From contig CAWVUS010000001.1 in NCBI GenBank assembly GCA_963933195.1, positions 9,079 to 73,078 of the forward strand: a DNA stretch of 64,000 nucleotides, given 5' to 3'. Source of the DNA: an uncultured Planctomycetaceae bacterium (GTDB taxonomy: Bacteria; Planctomycetota; Planctomycetia; Planctomycetales; Planctomycetaceae). Below the pieces are notes generated by a model, which worked only from the letters and a program-made list of their open reading frames with translations, was not told the origin of the DNA and did not search any database. This document shows, in pieces, positions 20,222 through 30,522 of this stretch. The position numbers and the translations under genes are program-made. The stretch's first letter is position 1, and every line of letters begins with the position of its first letter.

Positions 20222-21130
20222 GTGCCCGTTCAAGCAATGACCGCCGAAGAGACGCTTGCCCGTTTCGCCCCCCTGGTCGCAGCGGCCCTGGCCGATTCGT
20301 TGCCACGGGGAACCGACACCCCCGACACGCTCCGTGAAGCGATGCACTACAGCCTGATGGCCGGGGGCAAGCGGTTGAGGCCAACCCTGGTCCTGCTGGC
20401 AGCCGAGGCCTGTGGGGCCGCTCCCCAGGACGCTCTGCCGGCGGCCTGCGCCGTGGAAATGATTCACACCTACTCGCTGATCCACGATGACCTGCCGGCC
20501 ATGGACGACGATCTCCTCAGGCGAGGCCAACCGACATGTCACGTCGTCCACGGTGAGGCCCTGGCGATCCTTGCCGGTGATGCCCTGCTGACCAGGGCGT
20601 TCGAAATCCTCACCACCGACCTCCCTGACCCGGCCATCGCAGCCGAATGCTGTCGTGTCTTGGCCTCGGCCGCCGGCAGCGATGGCATGGTTGGTGGCCA
20701 GGTGGCAGACCTGGCCGTCACCGACGTGGACCCCGGATCCGACTCCAGTCCAATGGAAACACTCGCCGCAATCCATCACCGCAAGACCGGACGATTGCTG
20801 GCTGCCAGCCTGGAGCTGGGAGCTGTCATTGCCGGAGCTGCCGAAGATACTCGCCAACAGCTAGTCGACTACGGCCGGCAGATCGGCCTGGCCTTCCAAC
20901 TCACAGACGACCTGCTTGACGTTGTGGGTGATGCCCAGCAAATGGGCAAGCCGCCGGGACGAGATGCCGCGTTGGGCAAGTGGACCTACCCGGCACTGGC
21001 CGGGGTCCAGCAAAGTCGCGAACTGGCCCGGGACTGTGTCGAGTCCGCACAGGCAGCGATCCGACCACTGGGCGACGCGGGTGACCCGTTGCGAGTCCTG
21101 GCCGAGTTTGTCGTCGAGAGGGACCACTAG
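20222..21130 (+). CDS. ispA: Polyprenyl diphosphate synthase (farnesyl/geranylgeranyl diphosphate synthase)
   Basis: First and second Asp-rich motifs are LIHDDLPAMDDDLLRRG and FQLTDDLLD, with GKRLRP upstream. GTG start. The stop is 1 nt before the dxs ATG (TAGGATG). Confidence 0.85.
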   Translation: MPVQAMTAEETLARFAPLVAAALADSLPRGTDTPDTLREAMHYSLMAGGKRLRPTLVLLAAEACGAAPQDALPAACAVEMIHTYSLIHDDLPAMDDDLLRRGQPTCHVVHGEALAILAGDALLTRAFEILTTDLPDPAIAAECCRVLASAAGSDGMVGGQVADLAVTDVDPGSDSSPMETLAAIHHRKTGRLLAASLELGAVIAGAAEDTRQQLVDYGRQIGLAFQLTDDLLDVVGDAQQMGKPPGRDAALGKWTYPALAGVQQSRELARDCVESAQAAIRPLGDAGDPLRVLAEFVVERDH

Positions 21131-21131
21131 G

Positions 21132-23045
21132 ATGAGCCAACTCGAACTGCTGCCACAACTCGAATCGCCGACGCAGCTCAACGACTACACCGACGAACAA
21201 CTGCTGCAACTGGCCGGCGAAATCCGCGAGGTGCTCTGCACGGTCGTCTCGGACCGCACCGCTCACTTCGCCAGCAATCTTGGCGTCGTCGAACTGGCAA
21301 TCGCCCTGCACCTGGTTTTTGACTTCGAACGTGACCGACTGATCTGGGACACCGGACACCAGGTGTATCCACACAAGCTGCTCACCGGCCGTTACGCCGA
21401 ATTCCACACGATGCGGCAACAGGGTGGCTTGATGGGGTACCCCAACCCCCAGGAAAGTGACTTCGACCTGTTCATGACCGGCCATGCGGGAGCCAGTGTT
21501 TCCAGCGTCCTGGGACTCAAGGCCGGGGACGACTTGCTCGGCGATGATGACCGCAAGGCCGTCGCGGTGATCGGCGACGGGGCCCTGCCCTCGGGAATCG
21601 TCTTCGAGGCCTTCAACAACGCCTCGGGCCTGAACAAGGACCTGCTGGTCATCCTCAACGACAACGAGATGGGCATCTGTCCGCGAGTCGGTGGGCTGGC
21701 TTCCACGCTCGACAAGGCACGCACCGCACCGTTCTACGACGGGCTGAAACGTGACGTGCAGGCGTTTCTCAACAAGGTGCCCGTCGTCGGACAACCGGTC
21801 GAAAACGTTCTTGGTGGAATCAAGGACGCCGTCAAGGGGTTCCTCCACGGTGGAATGCTCTTCGAAGAACTCGGCTTCCGTTACATCGGTCCCGTGGACG
21901 GACACGACTTGTTTGCACTGCGACGCTACCTCGACATGGTCAAGAACGTCCGGGGGCCGGTGCTGCTGCACGTCTTCACCGAAAAGGGCCACGGATTCCA
22001 GCCCGCCACACAGGACCCGGTCAAGTTCCACACCCCGGCCCCCTTTCAGCGTTCCGATGACAACGAGGTGATCTCGATCCCAGCGGGATCAGCACCGGCC
22101 TACACCAACATCGTCAGCGAGACCATCTACCGTGAGATGGAAGCGGACCCGACGGTGGTCGTGTTGACCGCCGCGATGTGTGCCGGGAACAAGCTGGATC
22201 ACGTTCGCGAAGATTTTCCGGACCGGTTCTTCGACACGGGAATCTGCGAGAGTCACGCGGTGGCCTTCGCGGCGGGAATGGCCAAGGCCGGCCTGAAACC
22301 GATCGTCGCCATCTACAGCACTTTCTTGCAACGCAGCTTCGACCAGATCTTCCAGGAAGTCACCCTGCAGGGACTCCCGGTGACCTTCTGCCTGGATCGA
22401 TCAGGATTGTGTGGCCCCGATGGCCCCACTCACCACGGTGTCTTTGACCACTCTTACCTGCGACCATTCCCCGGGCTGACCGTGATGGCTCCGGGAGACT
22501 CTCACGACATCGCTCCCATGCTCGCCTTCGCACTGGAACACGACGGCCCGGTTGCCATCCGGTACCCCAAGACGACGATCGAGACGGTCGAACGCCCACT
22601 GCAACCGGTCACACTCGGAAAGAGCGAGGTCATCCGGCAAGGCCGTGACGGCACCTTTCTGGCCAGCGGCACGCTGCTGGCCACCTGCATCGCCGCAGCT
22701 GACCAACTCGATCAAGAACACGGAATGGACGTGGGGGTCGTCAATGCCCGCTTCATCAAGCCACTGGACACGGGCCTGATCGAGCAGATTTTCTCCGACG
22801 ACAGTGGCTTCGTGATCACCGTCGAGGAAAATGTGCTGACTGGTGGATTCGGAGCGGCTGTCCTCGAGGCAGCCGCCGACATCGGGCTCGACACTCGCCG
22901 ACTCCACCGGTGCGGCCTACCCGATGCATTTGTTGAACTTGGAGACCGCAACGACTTGCTGGCCTCACACGGACTGGACATCGATGGCCTGATCCAGGCC
23001 GCCCGCACAACCGCCTCGACACCAGCATCGGCCATCGACGACTAA
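21132..23045 (+). CDS. dxs: 1-deoxy-D-xylulose-5-phosphate synthase
   Basis: MSQLELLPQLESPTQLNDYTDEQLLQLAGEIRE, DTGHQVYPHKLLTGR, TGHAGASVS, GDGALPSGIVFEA, and ICESHAVAFAAGMA. The track start 20916 is an over-extension inside ispA. Confidence 0.93.
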   Translation: MSQLELLPQLESPTQLNDYTDEQLLQLAGEIREVLCTVVSDRTAHFASNLGVVELAIALHLVFDFERDRLIWDTGHQVYPHKLLTGRYAEFHTMRQQGGLMGYPNPQESDFDLFMTGHAGASVSSVLGLKAGDDLLGDDDRKAVAVIGDGALPSGIVFEAFNNASGLNKDLLVILNDNEMGICPRVGGLASTLDKARTAPFYDGLKRDVQAFLNKVPVVGQPVENVLGGIKDAVKGFLHGGMLFEELGFRYIGPVDGHDLFALRRYLDMVKNVRGPVLLHVFTEKGHGFQPATQDPVKFHTPAPFQRSDDNEVISIPAGSAPAYTNIVSETIYREMEADPTVVVLTAAMCAGNKLDHVREDFPDRFFDTGICESHAVAFAAGMAKAGLKPIVAIYSTFLQRSFDQIFQEVTLQGLPVTFCLDRSGLCGPDGPTHHGVFDHSYLRPFPGLTVMAPGDSHDIAPMLAFALEHDGPVAIRYPKTTIETVERPLQPVTLGKSEVIRQGRDGTFLASGTLLATCIAAADQLDQEHGMDVGVVNARFIKPLDTGLIEQIFSDDSGFVITVEENVLTGGFGAAVLEAAADIGLDTRRLHRCGLPDAFVELGDRNDLLASHGLDIDGLIQAARTTASTPASAIDD

Positions 23046-23091
23046 GACACACCCCGTGGTTGCACCAGTACGATCCAGGGAGGGATCGAAG

Positions 23092-24513
23092 ATGCCACGC
23101 CTGAGAACCAAGTCTCTTCCGGCCACCCAGGCCACCGTCCTCGCAACGGTACTCCTGGGACTCGTCGCCCCGATTCCTGCACAGGTTCCTGCACAGGACA
23201 CCGGGCAAGCCGCCACCAATACCGGAAAACCAACGATCCGCTTGGTCGAGGACCCCCGGGCCGACCGTTTGCTCGACGTGACCGCGAGACTCAATGTTCG
23301 AGGCCGCGTGCTGGCGCCAGTCGGAGTTGATCGTGTCGTGCCGCTACCGCTGCAGGCCACCGCCCGGCTCTCCTGGCAATCCCGCCGTCTGAACCCGGTG
23401 GGCGAATTCCATGGTTCGCTGCGAGCAGTGAGACAATTCGTGTCCGCGGACTCGGCTGTGAGTGTCGACAGAAGAACCACCGAGTCGTCGCTGAGTGCTC
23501 CCCGGCGGACAATCGTGACCGAGGGCACCCCGTCAGGACTTCGACACTATTCGCTCAATGGCCCCCTGACTGGCGACGAAGTCGAATTGCTGGCACTTCC
23601 AGCCGACCCGCTCGCATTGATCGGCATTCTGCCACTGGGGCAAGTGCCCCACGACCACACCTGGACCCCCGGCAGTTGGACTCTCCCACTGGTCACCGGC
23701 CTCGATGCGGTCACCCGTGGTACGCTCAAGGGGCGATTGGCCAGGGTGACCGACACGACCGCCGAAGCAATCGTGGAAGGCACTGCGGATGGAGCCGCCG
23801 GGGGAGCCCCCTCGAAAGTCACGTTTCACGGAACGCTGGTCTTTGACCACCGACGTGGGTTCCTCAAACAGGCCCGGATCACGATCGAAGAACATCGCCA
23901 GGCCGGCCCGGTCAGTCCCGGCCTGGAAGTTGTCGCGGAGGTCACGATTGACCGTCAACCGGCCTCCGACAGCGTCAAGCTGTTACCGAGTGTCGTGAAG
24001 AAATGTCCGAGGAAACCGCTGGCCACCCAACTGCAATTGTCACTCGAGACTCCCGGTCACGGTCGTCTGCTGCACGATCGGAATTGGCACATCTTCCACC
24101 AGACACCCGAGGTCGCAATCCTGAGACGACTCGAAAATGGCCGACTCGTGGCACAGTGCAACCTCTCCAAGGCGCCCAGCGTCGTGGCCGGAAAAATGAC
24201 CGGCCGCGAGGAGTTTCTGCGAGATGTCAAGGGGGCACTGGGCCCCCGGTTCCGTGAACTCGTCTCGGTCGAACCGTTGCGGCCCGGTGACTCTGGCCCC
24301 AAACGACGCGGTTGGCGAATCACAGCCACCGGAATCGACCACGGCCTCCCGATGCACTGGTTCTATTACCTGTGCACACATTCCTCGGGGCGTCAACTTT
24401 CTCTTGTCTTCGCGGTCGAGAGCCAACAACTCAAGACCTGGCGACAACGAGATCGTGACATCGTCTCGAAACTGGAAATCCAGTCACAAGTCCCCCGCGC
24501 GGCCGCCCGTTGA
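23092..24513 (+). CDS. Secreted hypothetical protein
   Basis: GGGAGGGA SD before ATG 23092. Signal-peptide-like N-terminus (ATVLATVLLGLVAPIPAQVPAQD). No motif recognised. Confidence 0.5.
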   Translation: MPRLRTKSLPATQATVLATVLLGLVAPIPAQVPAQDTGQAATNTGKPTIRLVEDPRADRLLDVTARLNVRGRVLAPVGVDRVVPLPLQATARLSWQSRRLNPVGEFHGSLRAVRQFVSADSAVSVDRRTTESSLSAPRRTIVTEGTPSGLRHYSLNGPLTGDEVELLALPADPLALIGILPLGQVPHDHTWTPGSWTLPLVTGLDAVTRGTLKGRLARVTDTTAEAIVEGTADGAAGGAPSKVTFHGTLVFDHRRGFLKQARITIEEHRQAGPVSPGLEVVAEVTIDRQPASDSVKLLPSVVKKCPRKPLATQLQLSLETPGHGRLLHDRNWHIFHQTPEVAILRRLENGRLVAQCNLSKAPSVVAGKMTGREEFLRDVKGALGPRFRELVSVEPLRPGDSGPKRRGWRITATGIDHGLPMHWFYYLCTHSSGRQLSLVFAVESQQLKTWRQRDRDIVSKLEIQSQVPRAAAR

Positions 24514-24698
24514 ATTGTCTCGAGCCATCGTGCGGAGTCGGAACGCCCGCCTTGTTCGGTTGATTGGGATGCGATACCATCCGCGAGGAGAACGTGGCTC
24601 GGCGGGCGAATCTGTCCCGTTGCTGTCCCGACTCCGGCGCCACCCGCCTGGCGGGTGACCGCTTGTAATTCTCGCACCTGAAACGACTGGAAAACGGG

Positions 24699-26741
24699 AT
24701 GTTCAAGTCAACCTGGCGAGTGGCCTCGATGTGTTTCCTGGGCCTGTTGTTGCTGGCCGGTGGGACGATCTGTGCCCAGCAGTTCGAACAGAATCCCGAT
24801 GACCAAAAGGCTGCCCAGATGGTGTGCCAGTTGGTCCACCGATTTCACATCAGCCAAAAGAAAATCGACGACAGTATCTCCAAGAAGACCCTTGAACGTT
24901 ACATCGACTCGGTCGATCCGTTGAAGCTGTACTTCATCAAGAGCGACATCGAGGCTTTCAAAAAGCTCGAGACAAAACTCGACGATCAACTGGTGCAGGG
25001 TGACGTCAAGTTCGCCTACCTGGTTCACCAGGCCTATCTGGAACGAGTTCGGCGACAGGTCAAGATCGCGCAGGATTACATCCAGGTCGAACACGATTTC
25101 ACCACCGATGAATCCCGCATCGCCAATCCCGATCACCTCGAGTGGTGCACATCAGGACAACAACTCAACGAGCGATGGCGGAAACGGATCAAGGCCGAAC
25201 TCCTCGCCAAAAAACTCGATGACACCAAGTTGCCAGAGGCTCGCAAGCAACTCGTCAAGCGATACACAAACATCAAGCGGTTCGCCGAGCAGACCGATCG
25301 ATCCGAGGTGTTGCAGCGATACCTTTCGGCGATGACCCACAGTTTCGATCCACACTCAAGCTACATGTCGCCCCAGACCCGAGAAGATTTCGACATCAGC
25401 ATGAGATTGAGGCTCCAGGGTATTGGAGCGGCGCTGAGCAGCGAGGATGGCTTCACGGTCGTGAGACAAATCGTCCCGGGTGGTGCCGCCGACAAGGACG
25501 GTCGCCTGGAATTGGGTGACAAGATCATCGGAGTCGGCCAACAGGAAGGCGACATCGAGGACATTGTCGAAATGAAACTCAGCCGTGTCGTTCGACTGAT
25601 CCGCGGTAAGAAAGACACCAAGGTGCGACTGCGGGTCAAAACAGCCAAGACGAGCGAGACCAAGATTTACGTATTGACCCGCCAGGTTATCGAGTTGAAG
25701 CAGTCCCAGGTCACTTCAACGGTCATCGACGCCAGCACACGAATCAAGGGGACCACTGGCCGGATCGGTGTGATCAACATGCCCTCGTTCTATCGCGACT
25801 TCGAAGCAGAACGTCGCGGAGTGGCTGACTTTCGTAGTGCCGCTCGAGATGTCCGCAAGGCACTCGACAAGTTCAATGACGACGGCAAGGTCGACGCGGT
25901 GATCATCGATCTCCGAACCAATGGCGGTGGTGCACTGAAAGACTCCGTCGAAATCTCGGGCCTTTTTATCGAGGACGGACCAGTCGTTCGGGTCAAGGAA
26001 CTCGACGGCACCATCACACCCCACATCGACCCCGATTCTGGCATCGCATGGAAAGGCCCCCTGGTCGTGATGACCAGCCGCATGTCGGCATCGGCTTCGG
26101 AAATTTTCGCCGGAGCCATCACCGACTACCGTCGTGGACTGCTCGTCGGAGACCAGACCACGCATGGCAAGGGCACCGTTCAGAACGTGATGGCCGTGCG
26201 GACTTCCTCGCCGTTGAATTTCTTCGACCGCAAGCCGCCCGGGGCCCTGAAATTGACCATCCAGCAGTTTTACCGGGTCAACGGCGACAGCAGCCAGGAG
26301 CGAGGAATTCCATCAGACATCGTTCTGCCCTCGGTCATCAATCACATGGATATCGGGGAAAATGCCCTGGACAACCACCTGCCCTTCGACAAGATCCCGG
26401 CAGCCAACTACGACGCCGTGTCATTGGTGAACCCAAAGATTGTCTCGGCCCTGGCTCTATCGAGTAAGAAGCGAACCGACGCTGACGCCGAATTCACCAA
26501 GGACCGCACGGCGATCAAAAAGTTCCTGGAACGCAAAAAACGCAAGACCGTCTCGCTCAACGAGTCGGTGGTCCGGAAGGAAATTGCAGAGAACAAGCAA
26601 GACGACAAGGCGGACAAGGACGACAAAAATCAGCCCAAGAATCCGCCAGTCTTCCGAGACGACCATTACAACAACGAGGTTCTGCAGATCACGCTGGACT
26701 ATATCCAGCAACTCAAGCAGGCCAAACTTGTCCGCAAATAA
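24699..26741 (+). CDS. Carboxy-terminal processing (tail-specific) protease, S41 family
   Basis: Signal peptide, PDZ segment (GIGAALSSEDGFTVVRQIVPGGAADKDGRLELGDKIIGV), then DLRTNGGGAL, SASASEIFAGA (catalytic Ser region) and THGKGTVQ (catalytic Lys region). Confidence 0.85.
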   Translation: MFKSTWRVASMCFLGLLLLAGGTICAQQFEQNPDDQKAAQMVCQLVHRFHISQKKIDDSISKKTLERYIDSVDPLKLYFIKSDIEAFKKLETKLDDQLVQGDVKFAYLVHQAYLERVRRQVKIAQDYIQVEHDFTTDESRIANPDHLEWCTSGQQLNERWRKRIKAELLAKKLDDTKLPEARKQLVKRYTNIKRFAEQTDRSEVLQRYLSAMTHSFDPHSSYMSPQTREDFDISMRLRLQGIGAALSSEDGFTVVRQIVPGGAADKDGRLELGDKIIGVGQQEGDIEDIVEMKLSRVVRLIRGKKDTKVRLRVKTAKTSETKIYVLTRQVIELKQSQVTSTVIDASTRIKGTTGRIGVINMPSFYRDFEAERRGVADFRSAARDVRKALDKFNDDGKVDAVIIDLRTNGGGALKDSVEISGLFIEDGPVVRVKELDGTITPHIDPDSGIAWKGPLVVMTSRMSASASEIFAGAITDYRRGLLVGDQTTHGKGTVQNVMAVRTSSPLNFFDRKPPGALKLTIQQFYRVNGDSSQERGIPSDIVLPSVINHMDIGENALDNHLPFDKIPAANYDAVSLVNPKIVSALALSSKKRTDADAEFTKDRTAIKKFLERKKRKTVSLNESVVRKEIAENKQDDKADKDDKNQPKNPPVFRDDHYNNEVLQITLDYIQQLKQAKLVRK

Positions 26742-26778
26742 TTAGCTGGACCAACACGTAGCCCCTCGCGCACACGGC

Positions 26779-27774
26779 ATGCCCGCGATCGACGTCCGCA
26801 ATCTGTCGAAGATCTACAGGGTCTTCCGAAAACGCGAAGGGCTCCTCGCCTCTATCCGCGGACTGTTTCATCGTGAATACGAGGCCATCCACGCGGTGGA
26901 CGGGATCGACTTCACGGTGGAACGAGGCGAGATGGTCGCCTTCCTGGGGCCCAACGGGGCCGGCAAGACCACCACTCTGAAGCTGCTCAGTGGTCTCATC
27001 TTTCCCACCGGTGGCGAGGCGAGCGTCCTCGGCCACGTGCCCTGGAAACGCGAAAACGCCTACCGCCGACGGTTCTCGCTCGTGATGGGACAGAAGAACC
27101 AACTCTGGTGGGACCTGCCCGCCCAGGAATCATTCCGGTTGCACAAGGAGATCTACCGGATTGAAACCGAAGAGTTCGATCGCAGGATCGATGAATTGAC
27201 CGATTTGCTCGAAGTCCGTGACCTGGTCGGACAGCCCGTCCGGGAACTGTCCCTGGGTGAACGGATGCGGATGGAACTGATCGCAGCGCTGCTCCACAGC
27301 CCCGATCTGTTGTTGCTGGACGAACCCACGATAGGACTTGATGTCATCTCGCAACGCAAAGTGCAGCAGTTCCTCAAGTACTACCAGAAAGAACGCCAGA
27401 TCACCGTACTGTTGACCAGCCACTACATGAAGGATGTCGAGGCGCTGTGCCAACGGGCGATCATCATCAACCAGGGACAGATCAAGCATGATGGACCGCT
27501 CGAAGAGATCGTCGACCGTTTCAGCCAGCACAAGGTGATCGAGGTCCAATTCGCCGGAACCGAGCTTCCCGAGGATCTCGAGAACTTTGGCGAAGTCTTC
27601 GAACGACAACCACCGCGTGCCAAATTGCGTATTCCACGTTCCGACGTCCCCAAGACGCTCACGACACTTCTGGGCAGATTTACAATCGAAGACATCAGTG
27701 TCGAAGACCGGCCCCTGGAAGAAGCCATGGCCGAACTCTTCACTGACTCGGCAGCCCCCCCTGCCTCCTCCTGA
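26779..27774 (+). CDS. ABC transporter ATP-binding protein
   Basis: Walker [10 protein letters not shown], signature LSLGERMR, Walker [13 protein letters not shown]. Confidence 0.88.
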   Translation: MPAIDVRNLSKIYRVFRKREGLLASIRGLFHREYEAIHAVDGIDFTVERGEMVAFLGPNGAGKTTTLKLLSGLIFPTGGEASVLGHVPWKRENAYRRRFSLVMGQKNQLWWDLPAQESFRLHKEIYRIETEEFDRRIDELTDLLEVRDLVGQPVRELSLGERMRMELIAALLHSPDLLLLDEPTIGLDVISQRKVQQFLKYYQKERQITVLLTSHYMKDVEALCQRAIIINQGQIKHDGPLEEIVDRFSQHKVIEVQFAGTELPEDLENFGEVFERQPPRAKLRIPRSDVPKTLTTLLGRFTIEDISVEDRPLEEAMAELFTDSAAPPASS

Positions 27775-27806
27775 TCAACACTCCCCTCCTCGCAGCGCAC
27801 ACCACC

Positions 27807-28649
27807 ATGCTGGCCCAAGCCAGAACCAACTGGGTGATTCTCAAGACGTGCCTCGAAGAGAGGTTCGTCTACCGCGCCGACTTTGCGTTCGCGACGCTTG
27901 TGAGATTTCTGCCGATCGTCACCCAGATCTTCCTCTGGGGGGCCATTTACTCGGGGGCCTCGACCGGAGACAACCCGGACAAGGCAACCACGCTCAACAG
28001 CTACACCTACCACCAGATGATCGCCTACTACCTGCTGGTCATGCTCGCGCGGGCGTTCTCGAGCATGCCAGGACTCGCCAGCGGAATCGCCCGCGATGTC
28101 CGGGATGGCACCGTCAAGAAGTACCTCACCCAACCCATCGACATGCTCGGGTACCTCTTCTGGCACCGGATCGCGCACAAGCTGGTCTACTACGTCATCG
28201 CCACCGGACCTTTTGCCCTCGTCTTCTACCTCTGCCGGGACTACTTCCCGCTCAGCCTCGATGCCGCCACCGTGCTAGCGCTGGTCCTGTCATTGATGAT
28301 GGGCTTCCTGATCGGCTTCCTGATCGAAAGCCTGATCGGGTTGATCTCATTCTGGTTCCTGGAAGTCAGTTCACTGCTGTTCATCTTCAACATGCTCAAC
28401 TACTTTCTGTCCGGCCACATGATCCCACTCGACTGGCTTGGCAACGTGGGACACTGGGTCGAATTCCTGCCGTTCCGGTTCCTGGCCTATGTGCCGGCAG
28501 CAATCGCGCTGGGCAAGCCGGGATACGTGCTGGGAGGAGGACTCGAACGGATGTTACTGATCGAGATGACCTGGATAGTCGGCCTGCTGGTCCTGAACCG
28601 GATCACGTTCGCGCGTGGAGTTCGTCGTTACGGTGCGTTTGGTGGCTAA
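27807..28649 (+). CDS. ABC-2 type transporter permease
   Basis: 280 aa with about 6 predicted hydrophobic helices, immediately downstream of the ATPase. The N-terminal [13 protein letters not shown] pattern is typical of the ABC-2 permeases that accompany this ATPase type. Confidence 0.6.
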   Translation: MLAQARTNWVILKTCLEERFVYRADFAFATLVRFLPIVTQIFLWGAIYSGASTGDNPDKATTLNSYTYHQMIAYYLLVMLARAFSSMPGLASGIARDVRDGTVKKYLTQPIDMLGYLFWHRIAHKLVYYVIATGPFALVFYLCRDYFPLSLDAATVLALVLSLMMGFLIGFLIESLIGLISFWFLEVSSLLFIFNMLNYFLSGHMIPLDWLGNVGHWVEFLPFRFLAYVPAAIALGKPGYVLGGGLERMLLIEMTWIVGLLVLNRITFARGVRRYGAFGG

Positions 28650-28754
28650 GCCCCATTTTGACACAACTAGTCAATCGGCCCGGCAACGCCTAGAATCGCT
28701 GTTTCCCCCAACCTTACCCGCCGCATCCGGATTCTCCACGATCCGACTTCCCGC

Positions 28755-30098
28755 GTGACCACTCCCACCTGCTCCACCACCTCGCCGGTCTACAACCGGT
28801 TGTTCTGGTTGACCTTTGCCGCCAACACGGTGCTGGTACTGGCCAACGCGCTGACATTTCGCTTTGCCGAATTTGTCACGTTCCTGGGTGGGACCGAACA
28901 ACTGACCGGAACGGTGATCGCCCTGGGTGTCCTCGCGTCTGTCGCCGTACGTTTCCGACTTGGCCAGGACATCGACGCTTGTGGCACCAGGCGGCTGTGG
29001 CTCGTCAGCACCCTTCTGTTTCTGACCGCCTGCGGACTTCTAATTCTCACCGAGACCATCTCCTGGATCCTCTACAGCGCCCGCATCGCCTTCTCGATTG
29101 GCATTGCCGGTATGTTCACCTGTTCGATGGTCAACATCCAGAACGTGGTTCCGGCCGCAAGAAGAACTGAGGCCATCGGCAGTCTCGGCACCAGTGGCTT
29201 CCTCGGCATGATCGCCGGCTCTCTACTGGGCGACCTGGTTTTCGCAACGTTGCCTGACGGAAGCGTTCGTTTCACTGTTCTTTTCGCTGCGGCACTGGCA
29301 CTTGGCTGCATCTATCTGGCCCTGGTGATGGTGATCACCCGTGGCCAAAACCGCCCGGAAACGCGCCAGCTCGCCCCACCCATCCACCAGTTGATCCGGC
29401 AATACTGGCCCGGATCGGTGATGCTGGTGGCCCTGGTGATGGGTGCCGGACTCGTGGTGACCAGCGTGTTCCTGACGCGGATGGCCACCCAGCGTGGAAT
29501 CTCCAACATCGGTTCTTTTTTCGTTGGATACAGTCTCGCGGCCCTGGCCTGCCGTATCGGCACGCGACGCTGGAGCCGCACGGTGGGACGCCGACGGATG
29601 ATCGGCCTGGGACTGGGCGGACACGCCGTAGGTCACCTGTTGTTGATGACCGTCTGGAGCGAATGGCAACTGGCCATCCCCGCAGTTTTCTGCGGACTCG
29701 GTCACGGCCTGCTGTTCCCCGCGGTCACGTCCCTGGGTTCTGGCAGCTTCCCTGTCCGGTTCCGTGGCACTGGCACCACAATTGCCCTGGGCATGTGCGA
29801 ACTGGGTGTGGCGATCTTCTCACCACTGATGGGCTGGATCATTGACGCGTGGGGGTTCAACACCATGTACGCGTTCTCCGTCACGCTGACCGTCACGCTC
29901 GGCACCGTCTATCTCGTTCGATCACGTCACCTGGTCGACGACGAGAGAATCGGGGCGACCCGATCCATCGTCGAAACCGGCCCCGAGCCAGCAGTCACCT
30001 CGTCGGTGTCCGTCCGCAACGCCCGTTCCCCCGTGACAGACACCGATCTTCAAATCCCCGTACTGCCGCCGGACAAGAGCGTCGAGGTTTCAGCCTGA
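28755..30098 (+). CDS. MFS transporter
   Basis: 447 aa with about 12 hydrophobic segments in two halves separated by a basic loop (TRGQNRPETRQL). GTG start. Assigned from topology only. Confidence 0.55.
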   Translation: MTTPTCSTTSPVYNRLFWLTFAANTVLVLANALTFRFAEFVTFLGGTEQLTGTVIALGVLASVAVRFRLGQDIDACGTRRLWLVSTLLFLTACGLLILTETISWILYSARIAFSIGIAGMFTCSMVNIQNVVPAARRTEAIGSLGTSGFLGMIAGSLLGDLVFATLPDGSVRFTVLFAAALALGCIYLALVMVITRGQNRPETRQLAPPIHQLIRQYWPGSVMLVALVMGAGLVVTSVFLTRMATQRGISNIGSFFVGYSLAALACRIGTRRWSRTVGRRRMIGLGLGGHAVGHLLLMTVWSEWQLAIPAVFCGLGHGLLFPAVTSLGSGSFPVRFRGTGTTIALGMCELGVAIFSPLMGWIIDAWGFNTMYAFSVTLTVTLGTVYLVRSRHLVDDERIGATRSIVETGPEPAVTSSVSVRNARSPVTDTDLQIPVLPPDKSVEVSA

Positions 30099-30377
30099 CG
30101 GCTTGCGTCCGATCCCCTTTTGCAGATCGGCAACCAACTCGGCTAGCACCGACGCGTCCCGCGATGCCAGCACGTGCTTGATCCGGCTGGGAACGACCTC
30201 CAACCTCTCGAGCAGCGCCTCGGTCCTCTCCCAGAGCTTGTCCTTGGCGGCCTTGGACTCGGCCAGGTACAAGCTCGTGACGAGTTCACTGAGTTTGCCC
30301 TCGTCGATCTGCTCACGATTCTCGTAGTACCGCTGGATCACGCCCTGCTGGAACTTGCTGTATTCACGTTTCGCCAT
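30090..30377 (-). CDS. Small helical hypothetical protein (95 aa)
   Basis: MAKREYSKFQQGVIQRYYENREQIDEGKLSELVTSLYLAESKAAKDKLWERTEALLERL... Start set at ATG 30377, because the track start 30524 lies in the divergent intergenic region. The 3' end overlaps the convergent MFS gene by 9 nt. Confidence 0.45.
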   Translation of the reverse strand: MAKREYSKFQQGVIQRYYENREQIDEGKLSELVTSLYLAESKAAKDKLWERTEALLERLEVVPSRIKHVLASRDASVLAELVADLQKGIGRKPSG

Positions 30378-30522
30378 CAGACCAGACCTGCTTCGTGACG
30401 GAAATTCTGCTCCTGTTCTTCTATCGGCATTCGACACCGTTGACGTCCCGCGAATCACCGCGCTACGATGTCGACCACAAAATCGCCCCCCTGGTACCTT
30501 CTCCGAATACGACTGGGCCATC

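Noticed and set aside
20916-21131. Long N-terminal extensions in the ORF track. Examples are dxs from 20916, proS from 35743, recA from 49771, the activator from 9322, the sulfatase from 40681, and the gluconolactonase-family gene from 30355.
   Set aside because: The track takes the most upstream ATG/GTG/TTG. The extensions overlap neighbouring genes or intergenic DNA and are low-complexity. The conserved family N-termini begin at internal starts, several of which have SD sequences.
24641-24657. Short hairpin CACCCG-cctgg-CGGGTG downstream of the secreted hypothetical gene, and an AU-rich hairpin at 56511-56532 downstream of nhaC.
   Set aside because: The stems are only 6-8 bp with no following U-tract. 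They are too weak to call as terminators with any confidence.
29771-29785. Perfect sigma54 promoter consensus TGGCAC-CACAA-TTGC on the plus strand.
   Set aside because: It lies inside the MFS transporter coding sequence, where it encodes GTGTTIALG. Only the last ~300 nt of that gene and a convergent gene lie downstream. This is most likely a chance match.
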